64,000 nt of DNA from Klebsormidium nitens (lineage: Eukaryota; Plantae; Klebsormidiophyceae), in assembly GCA_000708835.1 (NCBI GenBank), contig DF237218.1, forward strand, positions 1 through 64,000, written 5' to 3'. Made by a program: the position numbers and the translations under genes. Position 1 is the first letter of the stretch; the number at the start of each line of letters is the position of its first letter. The notes beneath the pieces are model-generated. The model was not told where the DNA came from, searched no databases, and saw only the letters and a program-made list of their open reading frames with translations. This document shows, in pieces, positions 12,011-24,300 of this stretch.

Positions 12011-14129
12011 GCCTGCAGCCTGGGTCGGGCGACTGGGTCGCTCCCCATAGTCTGTTCCGACAACTGCCCAGTACGTATATTTATTGATTAACAGGGGGTA
12101 GGTCCTTGAGTGGAATTACGACTCTATCACGTGAGTAGCTCCGGTGTTGCCCGGGTTGTTGTACGATGTGGGGGAGCTGTTAAGCTGATTTTGGTGGTGT
12201 AGGAAGCTAGATGGTTGTAAGAAAGTTCGTGTTATCTGCTAACCACGACGAGAATGGACAAGCATTTGTTTAGGTTGGTTCCAATAATTTGAGACTCGAG
12301 TAGTTTCATTGAAATTAGAAGGAAGACAACCTGACATGCGAAGGGTATGGTGGGTTCGCATTAGATCGGACCCGTAACCTCGTCGCATTCAAGTTAAAAC
12401 ATCCTGGTCTTAACAGTCCGCGATCACCATCGCATGTCCTATTAAAAGATGAGTCACGTTGCACACTACGCTAACGCCAACGGTACGCTTACGCCTGGCG
12501 CCCATACTATTACCGTCCATAATGAATGATTAGCCTAGTGCAACCGTCTCTTTAATGCCAGCCGGAGGCCCGCACTGCTGGCAGGCGGCCTGCGCGCAGC
12601 CGGCTCTGGGGCCCCACATTAGCCTGGTAGTCGGATATATGCAGGCTTAATTCTCAGTCTCATGCAGATCATGCAATGATGGCATGCATGATGGCAATGA
12701 TACAAGTAATGATAATGAATACAACATATGCATAAACGTGAGTTCCAGTAACTTTGTTGGCAGGACTAAACCGTCTTACCTTCCGAGTCCAGCAACGAAT
12801 CACCGTCGGCTAGTATAACAAGCTAATGTCTGCCAACTCATTATTGAAGTGCATGACTATAGTATCTGGCACTCTTCGAATGATCATTGACGCGGCTGCA
12901 TTGAAGCTGCAGCATGATGCCTATATCATGGCGGCATGACTGGCCGACCGACAACCGGCACTTAGCTTGTCGTGTACAAAGTGACCGGAATCCGGATCGA
13001 AAAATTGAATCAATGCATGATGCGGCGGCGGATAAGACTGCTGAACGAGCCGGGCCCTCATATTTAAGGGCCGACTCTCACCCTGCCATCAATCTTTATG
13101 CAGGTGTGCACTGTTTTGTGGAACCCCGACGAAGGCTAATGCAACGTACAGACTAAACGGGCTATACATGACATCAAGAACATTACTACGGTTGTGCACA
13201 AGTTCTAAGTACAGCTCAGGGCAATCAACTCAATTAGACGGTCCAGGCTAGCCTAGGCTTGTGAACGTTGCAGTCTAGCCCATGCGTCTAATTATTGGGT
13301 TTCAGGGTACCCCAATCAATGGCACAGTGACACCAATGCCAAAGGCTGTATGCAAAGTCGGTATGAAGTAGGATACCAATCTAACATGTTTAGGTCGCTT
13401 GGCTTAGAGTTGCTCTTAGTACTAGAGGTCTGTGTTTTTTGGACATGACTTGCAGCCATGGCAAGCTGCCAGTAGAGTCAACAAACTATCCAGGGTCTGC
13501 CGGAGACCGTGCTCCACGGCCATGGCGGCTAAGGGCGTTAATAAATTGGAAGTTACCATACACATATATGACGCACTGCTGATCATTACCGTCATGGCAA
13601 CCAGATGCTCGCCGCGACGCCTAGGCTAGCGTGTCACCATAAGTTTTGAAAAGTCATGTGCGTGGTCCAAATGGGAACGGACTCACATAAATCTTTGTTG
13701 AAAACATGCACATGCTTGTTGCAACTTGCATTAACCATGGTGGTGAAGCTAGATGGTTGCACAAGAACCTTCCCTACTCTTTTCGAATTCCATCATGATG
13801 TCGCAGGTCCAACTTGACAGCTTACGGTGCAGTGTCCATGCAAGCTACTGAGTGTGCGGCCTTGACCGTCCCTGTCCGAGCCAAGCCCGTTGAGCTAAAA
13901 AGTAACGAATACGAGTTTGAAAGCCATGGCCATTGAGAGCGTTCCGCATGCAGTTGACGTGATGCCATGTTGACAGCTTGAATACAAAAGCAACATCCAC
14001 AACGAATCTACTAACAAATGTACAATGCACTTGTCAACACTTGGGTACAGTGTATGCCATACTTTGAAGAATCATATGCGACCGGGCAGTGACTGAAAAA
14101 CTTCAAGTTATTGTCTTGTGGCTGTGCAT

Positions 14130-16289
14130 CTAGAGCCTGCCCCGGGGGCCAGGCGTGGAGGGCTGCAGCGGGCCAGTCTTGATGGGCAGCAAGTTGTTGG
14201 GGGAGTTGATGGAGGCACCGATCAGCTGGGCGGCTCCTCCTAGAAGGAGGAACTTTGCGAGGAGCCCGCGCTTCGTGAAGGGGGTAACAACAATTTCGAA
14301 GACCTTGCTCTGCAACAAGCAAAGCAATGGTCAACTCGGGCACCATTGGGTTAGGATTATGGCCCTGGCCAAAGACCACAGATTCTCATCTTCTGACTGG
14401 GCGCTGTGTAGGCTGATCGAAAGTAGACAAGGCGGCAGAACGGACAGTTCAATGCTCAAAAGAAGCTCTTGAACCGAAGCACGTCCCGAATTTAAGAATC
14501 AGCGGCGGTAGCACTCAACCCATCGATCCTGTTCAGCAATCAGGAGGAATATCAAAGTTTGCCGTGCACACAAGAGCGAGATGCTAGGGAATGCTTGCAA
14601 CCTGAACTACCTGTTTCTGAGGTGTGCAGGAGCAATGAGTCCTTTTTCCTACTACCTCTCCTGACACCCAAACCCTTGCTTGACCATTCAATTTCACCAA
14701 AATCGACGCCATTATTGCACTGCAGTCAACAAGCAAGAGTTGAATGGCATTCTGACAGCGGCGCTGCGGTCCGCCCGTCCCGCCGGCGGGCTCACCTGCA
14801 TCTTGTTGTACCGGTCCTTTTGGTCCACTCCGTACAGGTCCCATGACCCGGTGGTGTTGGGGAGATCCTTCAGGTCAAAGTACACCGACTCGTCACCATA
14901 CTTGGCCCGAGCAGCGCCCGCCCGCCGGGAAACCTGGCGCCTGCACCACATGTATAGATGAACGCCTGAGTCCCTTGCAGGATGTGTACTCCCAGAGGAT
15001 GGTCATAGTGACTCCGTCATCCAGAAAGAAAGCAGAAAGAGTCCGAAGTCCAAAACCCTTGCCAATGGGCGCCAGCAATATTGATTTGTATCGGGTTGCC
15101 TGCTCACAGGACGTATTGAATTTGACTCAGCAACTGGGCCGGAGAATGCAAATTCCTAAGTAGGCCGGGACAGATCAAATCTAGAATAGCCTTCTCTCGG
15201 CCCGGTAATTCTAACTGTCAATTGCTAAGAAAACACTGGCTTGTATTGCTTCACGCGTTAACCCTTTGTAGAGAACCCTCTTCTCCGGCGCTCATTCAAG
15301 TCTATCCGAGAAGTCCACACAGCATTTGGATCCCCTCATTATCCGGATTCAGCCTGCTCCAGTGCCTTTGCCTTGAGAAAGCGAGCAATAACGACCTTGC
15401 TCCAACATCTAATGTGGACGCGTTAGCCTCCTCGCATTGCATCCAACCTCCGCTGCACTATAACGTGTCTGAATCCAGAGCCAACACCCACTGTCAGTCT
15501 ATACACCTTTCTGAAGCTAAAAGCTCATGCCCTTGTATCTCAAACCCCGGAACTTGAAAATGCGACCTGTCTACTTGGTGCATTGCACTTTACAGAGATG
15601 CCGCATTTTTCCGGCACGACATCAAGCATGGGTGCAAAACTGAGAATGAGTGTATCGGGGGGCTTGAATGCAATGTCTTGGCCAATGCAGTCGCTTCAGC
15701 GAAAAGCCAAGGGCCGATCCATCGTCAGTCAGTCCAAGGAACCGATGCAGAAGAAAAACCTGCATTGCCTTGCTGCTCCTCCATCCCGAGCAACTGAAAG
15801 CTGGGCATTCAAGGAAAGCTGGGGATTGAAGCATGCGCCTGGAGTACTCTGGAGTCCTTAGAATGCTGAGAAAGCAGTTGTGCCGCATGAGGAAGAGGAA
15901 CTGCTATATTTCTTATCTGAAACGTCACATTCCTCTTGGTGCAACCAGCACAGCCAGACAGACGCATGTCTCATCCGAACTTCCAAAGTTGACTGCCACC
16001 GTTCATCATCTGCAGACTCCCAGAAGAACCCTATGAAACCAGAGTTCTCACACGCAGATAAAACTTGCACCACGCACTGAAGGAGCCACGTGACGACGTT
16101 CAAGGTGATTCAAAGTTAGTCCACTTGAGGCCTAACAGCCAATCGTTATTCAAGGAACAGCAAGAAAGCCTACCTGCAGGGGAGGGCTGGGGCTCTGCTG
16201 TTGACTGCAGGCTGCGCTGAGCTCAGCCTCTGGCCAACAAAGGCGCTCGCGGCGCATGACGACGACACTGCAAGCACAGAGGAAGCCAT
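14130..16289 (-). CDS. PSAH: Photosystem I subunit VI (PSI-H), chloroplast precursor, 146 aa
   Basis: Exons 16289-16174 (transit peptide MASSVLAVSSSCAASAFVGQRLSS...), 14940-14796 (KYGDESVYFDLKDLPNTTGSWDLYG) and 14309-14130 (SKVFEIVVTPFTKRGLLAKFLLLGG...LPIKTGP...GPRGRL). These match the well-known PsaH motifs and the phases are consistent. Confidence 0.95.
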
Positions 16290-16537
16290 GGTGTCCCTAG
16301 GCTGTCGTAAAGCTGTCTGTCCTTCTTACTGTTCTTCTAAGCAAGCAGAAGAGAGCCCTCGTCTTCTTCTTCTTGCTGCAAGATTCGCTTCTCAGAAGTT
16401 CTCTGCCAAGACTCAAGAGCTTCCTTTCACCATTCAGCTAGCCTTTCTAGACAGGCTTCCTCCTCTTCATATCCGCTTCGCGGCCTTGACCGGTTCCGTA
16501 CCGTCGATGGATGAGCGGACGTTCGGGATGAGAAGAA

Positions 16538-16597
16538 GATAAGGAGCGCAGATTTGCTGCAAATCAAGCATGCCACGGTGGACAGCCTCGATCCAAT
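16538..16597. promoter_or_regulatory. Possible light-responsive promoter motifs upstream of PSAH (I-box GATAAG, CCAAT box)
   Basis: GATAAG at 16538-16543 and CCAAT at 16593-16597, 250-310 nt upstream of the PSAH ATG. These are short motifs and may occur by chance. Confidence 0.25.
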
Positions 16598-18329
16598 CAG
16601 AGTCGGCCAATTCAGCTTACTGCGGTCAACTCAAGTTCTGCGGCACAAAACTTTCGGACACTCCAGGGCTTCACTGAGTTCAGCAAACGGACGTACAAAA
16701 CCCTCTGGCAGTCCGAAACGCGCAATCGGCGAAATTCGAATTCGGCCATGTCGAGGCCGCCCTTGCACACTAAACCGCGGCTGCGCCTGCGGCGGCCGCG
16801 CAATATGCAGGGTGCGGCCGCGCCAGCCGCCCACGCGCCCCGGCCGGCGGACTCACTGTCATTGGACTCATCGAGCTCTCAACAGCTCAGAAACAGAGCC
16901 CCGCAGTACGTGTACGCATCTTTGTGTTGCGATTGATGGCCGGCCGCCTTCCGGTATTTAGTTATTACCAGCGGTGGCCGCAGAGGGGCGCCTAGCTTTT
17001 GCCATCACATTCTATCACATGGCGGGCACAGTATGGCAGACTGGCATTCTTGGCATGCAAGCCTAGTGGCTACCGTACAGACCGTACTTCACCACTTTGA
17101 TAGTAGTAGAAGGGTATGATAGAAGCAATTGAACGTGCAAAAAACTTAGTCGTGTCAGTTGACTGAGTGCAAAACACATGATGCAAACGAATGTTTCCGG
17201 CCATAGGGATCTCAACGGCGTCGATCGCAGCGCCGCTCATAGCAATGGGCTTGCAACCGTTTCGTCGCGAAATTAGTTCCTATACCGAAAAGAGCTCATT
17301 CTTCATGTCGCCACCATCACGGTGAGACGGCACGTACTGGCATCACATGGGAGAGACGGTCCCTTGGCACCGTGGTCGTGGAGTGATCTGAACATGCACT
17401 AAAGGAAAAAGTCTAGACTAGGATGCAAGTTAATTAGACGTACTACACCAATTCCGATTCAGAGTGACCGTCTAGGCCCGGCTTGCCAATGACGATGATT
17501 CAATACCTGGCGCACGTACCATTAATCTGCTTGATATTCAACTGAAAGCGTATGTGAATGATCTCCTTGGGAATTCGTATTATCATCAGTGAATGGTTTC
17601 AGTTTCCGTATGACGGGAATGATTGGACTGCATGCTTCGCCCCTATGTCCGGGGTCCACTGAGTCGCGGCAGCTTTACTGCCAGTGATCGGCTGACGTTG
17701 TACAGCCCTGGACGAAATCAGTGCAATCATACTGGACACGTGCTGCGTACTAAGTGATGAGGTGCCCGCGCGGGCGGGCCAGTGAGGAGCTCAGTTTATA
17801 AACAAACAAGAACCAAGCAAGCGAGGCCCGCCCGCAACCAACGTTTGTTCGAGCATTGTCAGTCTAATCATTAGGACCAGCGCGCTACGCAGTAATTATA
17901 CCGTTCTATCGATCCAGTAAAGCAACTCATTACTCAACAGCCCTGAATGCGTGCTCCCGTGTTTTGCTATCTAGCTATCATTTCCCTCCTCTGGGTCAGC
18001 TCCGCTGCTTAATAATCAAAGTATACGATGTTGTGATCGATCATGTGATGTCATTACACCCTTTCGGCGTATGAAATGCTACGATCATTACTTCCTGCTA
18101 GGCTGATGCGCTGCCTGCTCTAGAACTGGTCCAGCATCCACTCCTACTAAGCAACGCTTGCGTCCGTCTGTTTTGGGGCACATGTCTACAGCTATAAGGT
18201 TCCGCGCCGGTTTTTTCTCAACAGCAGCGATCTTTCGACGACTTCAATTCGAAGTGCCCGCTTTTACTCCAGAGCCCGCCTTGGGTCACAATCCTCAAGT
18301 CGATCCGTCCTATGCGTGTGTGGATAACG

Positions 18330-21300
18330 CTATACTACTTGGCCAGGCTTCCACAAACACACAACGCCATCTTTGTCCGCGCTGACGGCCCAACCGCTGG
18401 GCCCCACGTGGCAGCACGTGATTGGCGCCCCGTGCTTTTCCAGCACTGCCAGCTGTCGCATCCCCGTCTTCTGGACGGCCCACGTGCGCAGCGCCTTGTC
18501 CGCACCGCCAGTGATGGCCAGGCCCTTGGCGGTCGACGCGAGGCACGTGATGTTCTGGACGAGAGCGGAGCAAGCAGACTGGTGGTCAGCCGAGGGAAGG
18601 AATGGAGTGCGAAGAGCAGGCACTAATTGTTCTTTAGCGGACGCACGAGAAGAGCGTCGATCGTATTGAATTACTAAATCAGGGTCTTAAAAGAATGGGC
18701 CACGGGCGGAGAACATGCGGATCCGTCAAAACGGAGGAGGCTGGTGCAGCGCAGCTCCTCAGGCAGCTTGTCGGAAATGGAAGTTTGACGCAGAAGCTGA
18801 GACAAGGTCGCCAAAAAGCGGAACGAAGAGGAGCAAGGAGTTTATACTCCAGGATGCAACCGTATCTCCACTCGCAGCCACAAAAAAAATACAGCCCTGC
18901 AGTTCTGCTCATGTCAACATCTGTTGCCGACATAGGAAGAGCCCGGCGACAGCTGTACCTTGGAGTGCCCCTGCCCGGTCGCCGTGCACTTGCCGGTGGC
19001 GAGGTCCCACAGCTTGACGGTCTTGTCCGCGGAGGCCGACAGCAGCAGCTGGCTCATGCCGGGCTTGACACTGCCCACCATCGCCAGGGCGTTCACCTGG
19101 CGCGCGCAACGCAACTTTCAGTGTTAGAGGACGAGGTGCTGACCCCTGGAGCTTTTGTGCTTTCCTGTCAGTGGGTCAGTTGCGAAGAGCTGCATCCTAT
19201 ATGGAGCATCTTGTGAAGAAAAAAGTTGTTTGAAAACGCGTCAGCCTTCAGTACTGGAAGCAGAAACGCCTGAGTGCATTCAAAGAGCACTTGATCAGAT
19301 GACCCGGCAAGAAAGCTCCGCGGAACAAAGGCGCGCACCAGTCTGCGGGATCGCTTCCACGGCCATCTTTCGTTTCTTCGGGCCGTTCTCGTCAATCTCG
19401 CAGATTGCATGCTCAAGAAGGTCCTCATAAAGATTGCAAAATGGCTCTGTTTTCGGAGTCCTCCTAAGGGTTGCGCGCGCACCGTTTTGGTGTGTCCGAC
19501 GAGCGTCTTGGGCTCCGCGGCCGACTTGGCTGTGGCCCACACTTTGATGGTGTAGTCGCTGCTCCCCGAGGCGACACGTGTGTCGTCCATGGCCAGCGCG
19601 GTGATGCGCCCCAGGTGGCCCGCGAGCGCGCCCCGCGCGCGCACCGTGCTGTCGGCCTTGTCGCCCACCGCGGGGTTGATCTCCCACAGCCGGATCTGCG
19701 GCGGACAACCGGGGGGGAAAGAATGAAAGGAGGGTTTCCGTGCCAAGACACGTTCCTTGCAGAATTACTGTTGCGCGAAATAACGTCTCCTACGTGACGG
19801 TCTGTAAGTAGCATTTCCTACGACATCTTTGTACCTTGCGGATTCGACGTCGTCTTTTCCCAAGTCACCGTTCTACACCATGCCTACCAGACTCAACTCT
19901 CCATGCCACGGAACCAAGATCCGTCGGTTCAAACGATTGCCTTTCACTCGATTAACCACTCAGGCTCGAGGGAAGAACCATTATGCTGCGAGGCTTCTAA
20001 CAAGGGATCGCTTATTAGCACCAAAAATTTGGCCCTGTAATAGACCGGTGCACCTTGAGGGCAACGTCCCGGATCCGACGGACCCTATCTGCTCCCGCAT
20101 TTTCCAGGTTGGGCTTCCGATATATGACAGACATACCCCCGGATCGAGGTAGGTGCTTCATGCTGTCTCCTGACCCTAAGGCACCTGACAAGTCTCGCTA
20201 CTCAGTCGTGGTGACCCGCCGTTACAGACTGCAAGATAAGGGGTTCCCGAACTATTATTTCCACAGATAAAACCGAAACTTCATTCGATCATGGGACGAA
20301 TAAGTATCTGGTCGCCTGAAACTCTGAAACTCTTAAACCTGAACCGCTTAACCGGCTCACCGTCCGGTCCGTGCTCCCCGACGCGACGTAGTTGCCGCCG
20401 TTGAGCTGGACTGCGGTGACCGGCCCCAGGTGTCCCCGCATGACGTGGCTCTTGTCGGACTTGAGGTGCCGCAGGTCGACCACGCCCACCGTTCCGTCGT
20501 CGCTTCCGCTGATTAGCACGCCGGAACGCATCACCAGGGACGCGACGCGGTCCTTGTGGATGCTCTGCAAGCGTGGGGCGGAAAGGAAACGTGAGGCAAG
20601 GGAGAAAGAACGGAACGGAGCGTCCTGAGTCCTTGCGCTCATTCGAGCGTTATAGACATATCTCCTTGCCGCAGCTCTATAGTTTTGACGCAAGGAAGAA
20701 ACGTGCAACACCGAATCGGACTTAAGAAACCTGGACAAAAGCTCACGAAGCGTGTTGGAACGATGTTCGCGGATGACCGCTGCCCTCATAAGCTCTTCTC
20801 CGTTATCTCGAGCCTGCTCATAAGCGCTGGGCGCTCCAGCACCATTCTCATAAGACTCTGCCGCTTATTCCTGAGCCTTTTCAGATAGCGCTGCGCGCCC
20901 CTTCGCTTATTAGACCTTTGATGCTGTTCTCATGAGATCTTGTCGCGTAATGTCTGAGCCTTCTCACAAGCGCGGCGCGCCTCACCGCTTACAAGCACTT
21001 TGCAGCTCTTGTTGCCTATTCCCAAGCCTCCCTCATAAGCACTGCGCGCCCATCGCTTACCAGCACTTTGATGGCCGTCTTGCTGCGGATGTCCCACAGG
21101 CGGATGGCCCCCTCCGCGCTGCCGCTGGCCACAAGCGGGCCGTGGCTGTCGACCTTGAGCCCATTCTCCGCCGCGACGCACTCCACCTCCTTGCTGTGCC
21201 CACGCAGCGTCGCCGCGCACGTGCCCACGTGCATGTCCCAAACCTGCGCGGGTTAACAAAAGTCAAGCCCATTTTCTGTGTGCATTTTCTAGACCTGCGC

Positions 21301-24300
21301 GGGTTACAAGAGGGTCAAGAAGAAGCTTTTTGAGTTGAAAAGGGAGCGAGTAAATTATCAAGAGCGTCGCCGTGCACGCGCCCAGTTGCAAGTCTCAAAC
21401 CGCGCCGTTTATCGAAGGGTTAAAAAAGGGTCCATCTGTGGTACTCGTCGACTTCTTCGGTTATACTTGTGGACCGCAGTGCCCCCGTGCACGTTCCCTA
21501 TCTGGGCGGGGTTGAGGAGCGGCTTGTCAAGGGACAAGGAAGGCCACCAAATGTTCAAAGCGAGAACGGTTACTGCGCGGAAGTGCCAGCAGCGTCGCCG
21601 CGGACCTTCGTACGTGTACCTTTACAACCTGCCGGGTTAATGAGGGTTTGAAAAGGCACTGTTATGGTGCTTAAGGACTGAGTATTCACCACGACTCGGC
21701 ACGTGAGGTTGAGCAAGTACTACCAGGGACCCTCCGTCAGAGCAGCTTGCAGACGTACGCTTCAGGCTTTCAGGAGAATCCTATCGAGGGCTCACCATGA
21801 GGTTGTGGTCGACACCCCCGGTAACGATCCAGTCGCCCTTCGCGCTCGCGCCCACCGCTGACGTCATCTCCGTCATGCAGTTGACGGAACCCGAGTGGCC
21901 CAGTCCCCGCATGCCCATTGACGTCCACGCCCACTCGCCGGCCTCGAACGCGCACTCCGACCTGCAAAAGCAATTGTGAAAAACAAGAATTGTATTGCAG
22001 CTTCGGAAACGATGTGTCCCAAATTGTGTGCGGTCGCACGACTAGATTCACCAGGCATTTATTATGCTGTTCAAGAAGACACCTTCTTGCCTCCAACGGT
22101 CGTTTACGGCGACAAAGAGGGGGTTCATTTGCCTCGCTTGACTGGCTTTTCAAACCTCTGGTATATATCAGTCCAGTCTGACAGTTGCAGTTTTAAAGCA
22201 GGTGCAAATTCTCGAAGCTATTAGCACGGCTTCGGCAAGGAAGCAACAACTGGGCTTACGTTCTATCGAACCCGGTATCCACAGGGGCTTCCGGCGGATA
22301 TGACGAAGTCCGCCGTTCCGCTGCCTTTTCCAGAACGGAACTCTTCCGCCCTACCGTCCCCTCCGGTTCCGCAACATCCGTCTCCAACAGTCTGGAAGAC
22401 TTCGTCCGCTTCGTCCGCTTCATCAACTTCTTATGCTTCTTCTCCACTTCCGTTCCGGTCCGCTCGGACTCCGTTTCCGTTGCGGAACTGCCGGCAGCCT
22501 CGTCCGAAACGATCGGCAGCGTATTCACACCGCTCTCGGACGCGTCCGAGTCGCGCTGCTTGGACCGGGTCGTGCGGCGGCTCTGCCGCGAAACCCTGCT
22601 ACTTCGTTCGGACGTGGAAGCGTCTGAGAGCCCACTTAAGCGCGGGTTATCCGCAACCTCCCCCGCTAACCCATCCTCGCTCTTACCCCACCCCATGACG
22701 ATCTCGTTGCCATCCATCCCCGGAATCAAAATCTGGTTCGACCTAGTTTTAGCTGCCCCGCTCGGCCCCGGCCCGTTGCCGACGTCATTCTCGTCGCCGA
22801 ACCCGACCCTCACAGCGCTGCTGCGCCGCCGTGCGGTGTCTCGTGCGCGCGCGCTCGTGCGCCCATCTCCGGAGCTCTTTACTGGGAAGCCAACACCGCC
22901 GGCGCCGGCTGAGCTCGAGCGGCGCGCGGGCGCGGCCGCGGGCGGCGTCGCGAGCGCGTCGAGCCCCGGATCGCTGACGGGGCTGTCGGCGTGGTCCTCC
23001 GTCAACAGGTAGCGCTTGCTGGGGCGGCGCAGCAACTGTGATGCGGGATGCCGTCATTTGAGAAAAGTGACGTGAACAAGAGGAAGAGATCTGGAAGATG
23101 ACGTTAGCAGGGCAAGGCTCCGGGCGCTGCGTGCTTATGCGCAGCCTTCTCTGCCAATCAGTAAGTGAAAGCAATAGATGGTGGTCAATGGGAGGCTTGC
23201 GACGCAAAGCTGACAATGGGGGCAAATGCGAGCAACGAAGGCAACGCCGAGTTTCCAACCAGCATCTGTTATAGTCAATAAGCATTATGCCCCTTCTTTC
23301 TTCCCTACACCTCTGTCGCCTGCAATCCTTCGTAAGGACCACTGCTTATCGACGGCCGGGCAAAAGGTTAATCATGAGACGTGTTTCATCATTTCATCCA
23401 TTGATTGGGAATGATCAACGGCCAAGATCGCACCTTGATGGTGTCACGCCACCTGGCACGCCAGCTGACCTTCTGCGCCTTGCCGTGCTCCACGGATGAC
23501 GTCACCTCCGGGACCGCCTCCAGACCTGACGACCGCCGCCGGGGCCATTTGCTGACGTCACCGTCCGGCGACGCGGCAGGGCGCGGGAAACCAGAAGAGT
23601 CGAGCGGCAGCACCGCTGCAAGAGAGACACGTGTCAACGCTCATTCGAAGCGCTTCTTCTGAAGCTTGCCTCCTCGTTTCAGAGGTTGCCCTCTTTTGTG
23701 GCTTACAGCATGAACAGCATGAAGGCTTGCCTTTGTTGCATAAGAAGAGGGCTACACGTATCTGGTTTTCAAGCGATGGATTACACGACTTGGCTTCGTC
23801 CAGAACGATGCTTGGGGCTAAAGTTGGCATGAATTATGCAACACTTACAACTAGTATCGAGCTTGGTCGCCGAAAAGCTCACCAGGAGAGGGAGGCGCCA
23901 ACGGAGGGAGGGGCGACACGTTGTTAGCGCCAGCGGGCAGACGTGGGGAGGGGACGGCACTGCGAGGCAGGCCGTGCGGCGTGGAGGCATACGAGTGGGG
24001 GGAGTTGGAGAAGTACTTGGAGCCCCCCGGAGTGTTCTGGCCAGACGAGCCTGCAAAAGAGGAAGGGGGGTGACACTCAGAATGGTAGGAAAATACCAGT
24101 TCTGCAGAATCAGCCGCGGCAGTTGAGTTCTTGTTTGAGGATCGCCGTGTGTTGGAGAAATCATTGGAAACCGAATGAGCGACGCCTTTCTTTAGCTGAC
24201 TTCGAGGAACAAGTGTCGATGCGGAAAAGGGTTTTATTGATGTGCGTCTCATGTGCAACTCTCAGCATAAGCTTTTGCCACAAAGAGACTGGTGTCCAAG

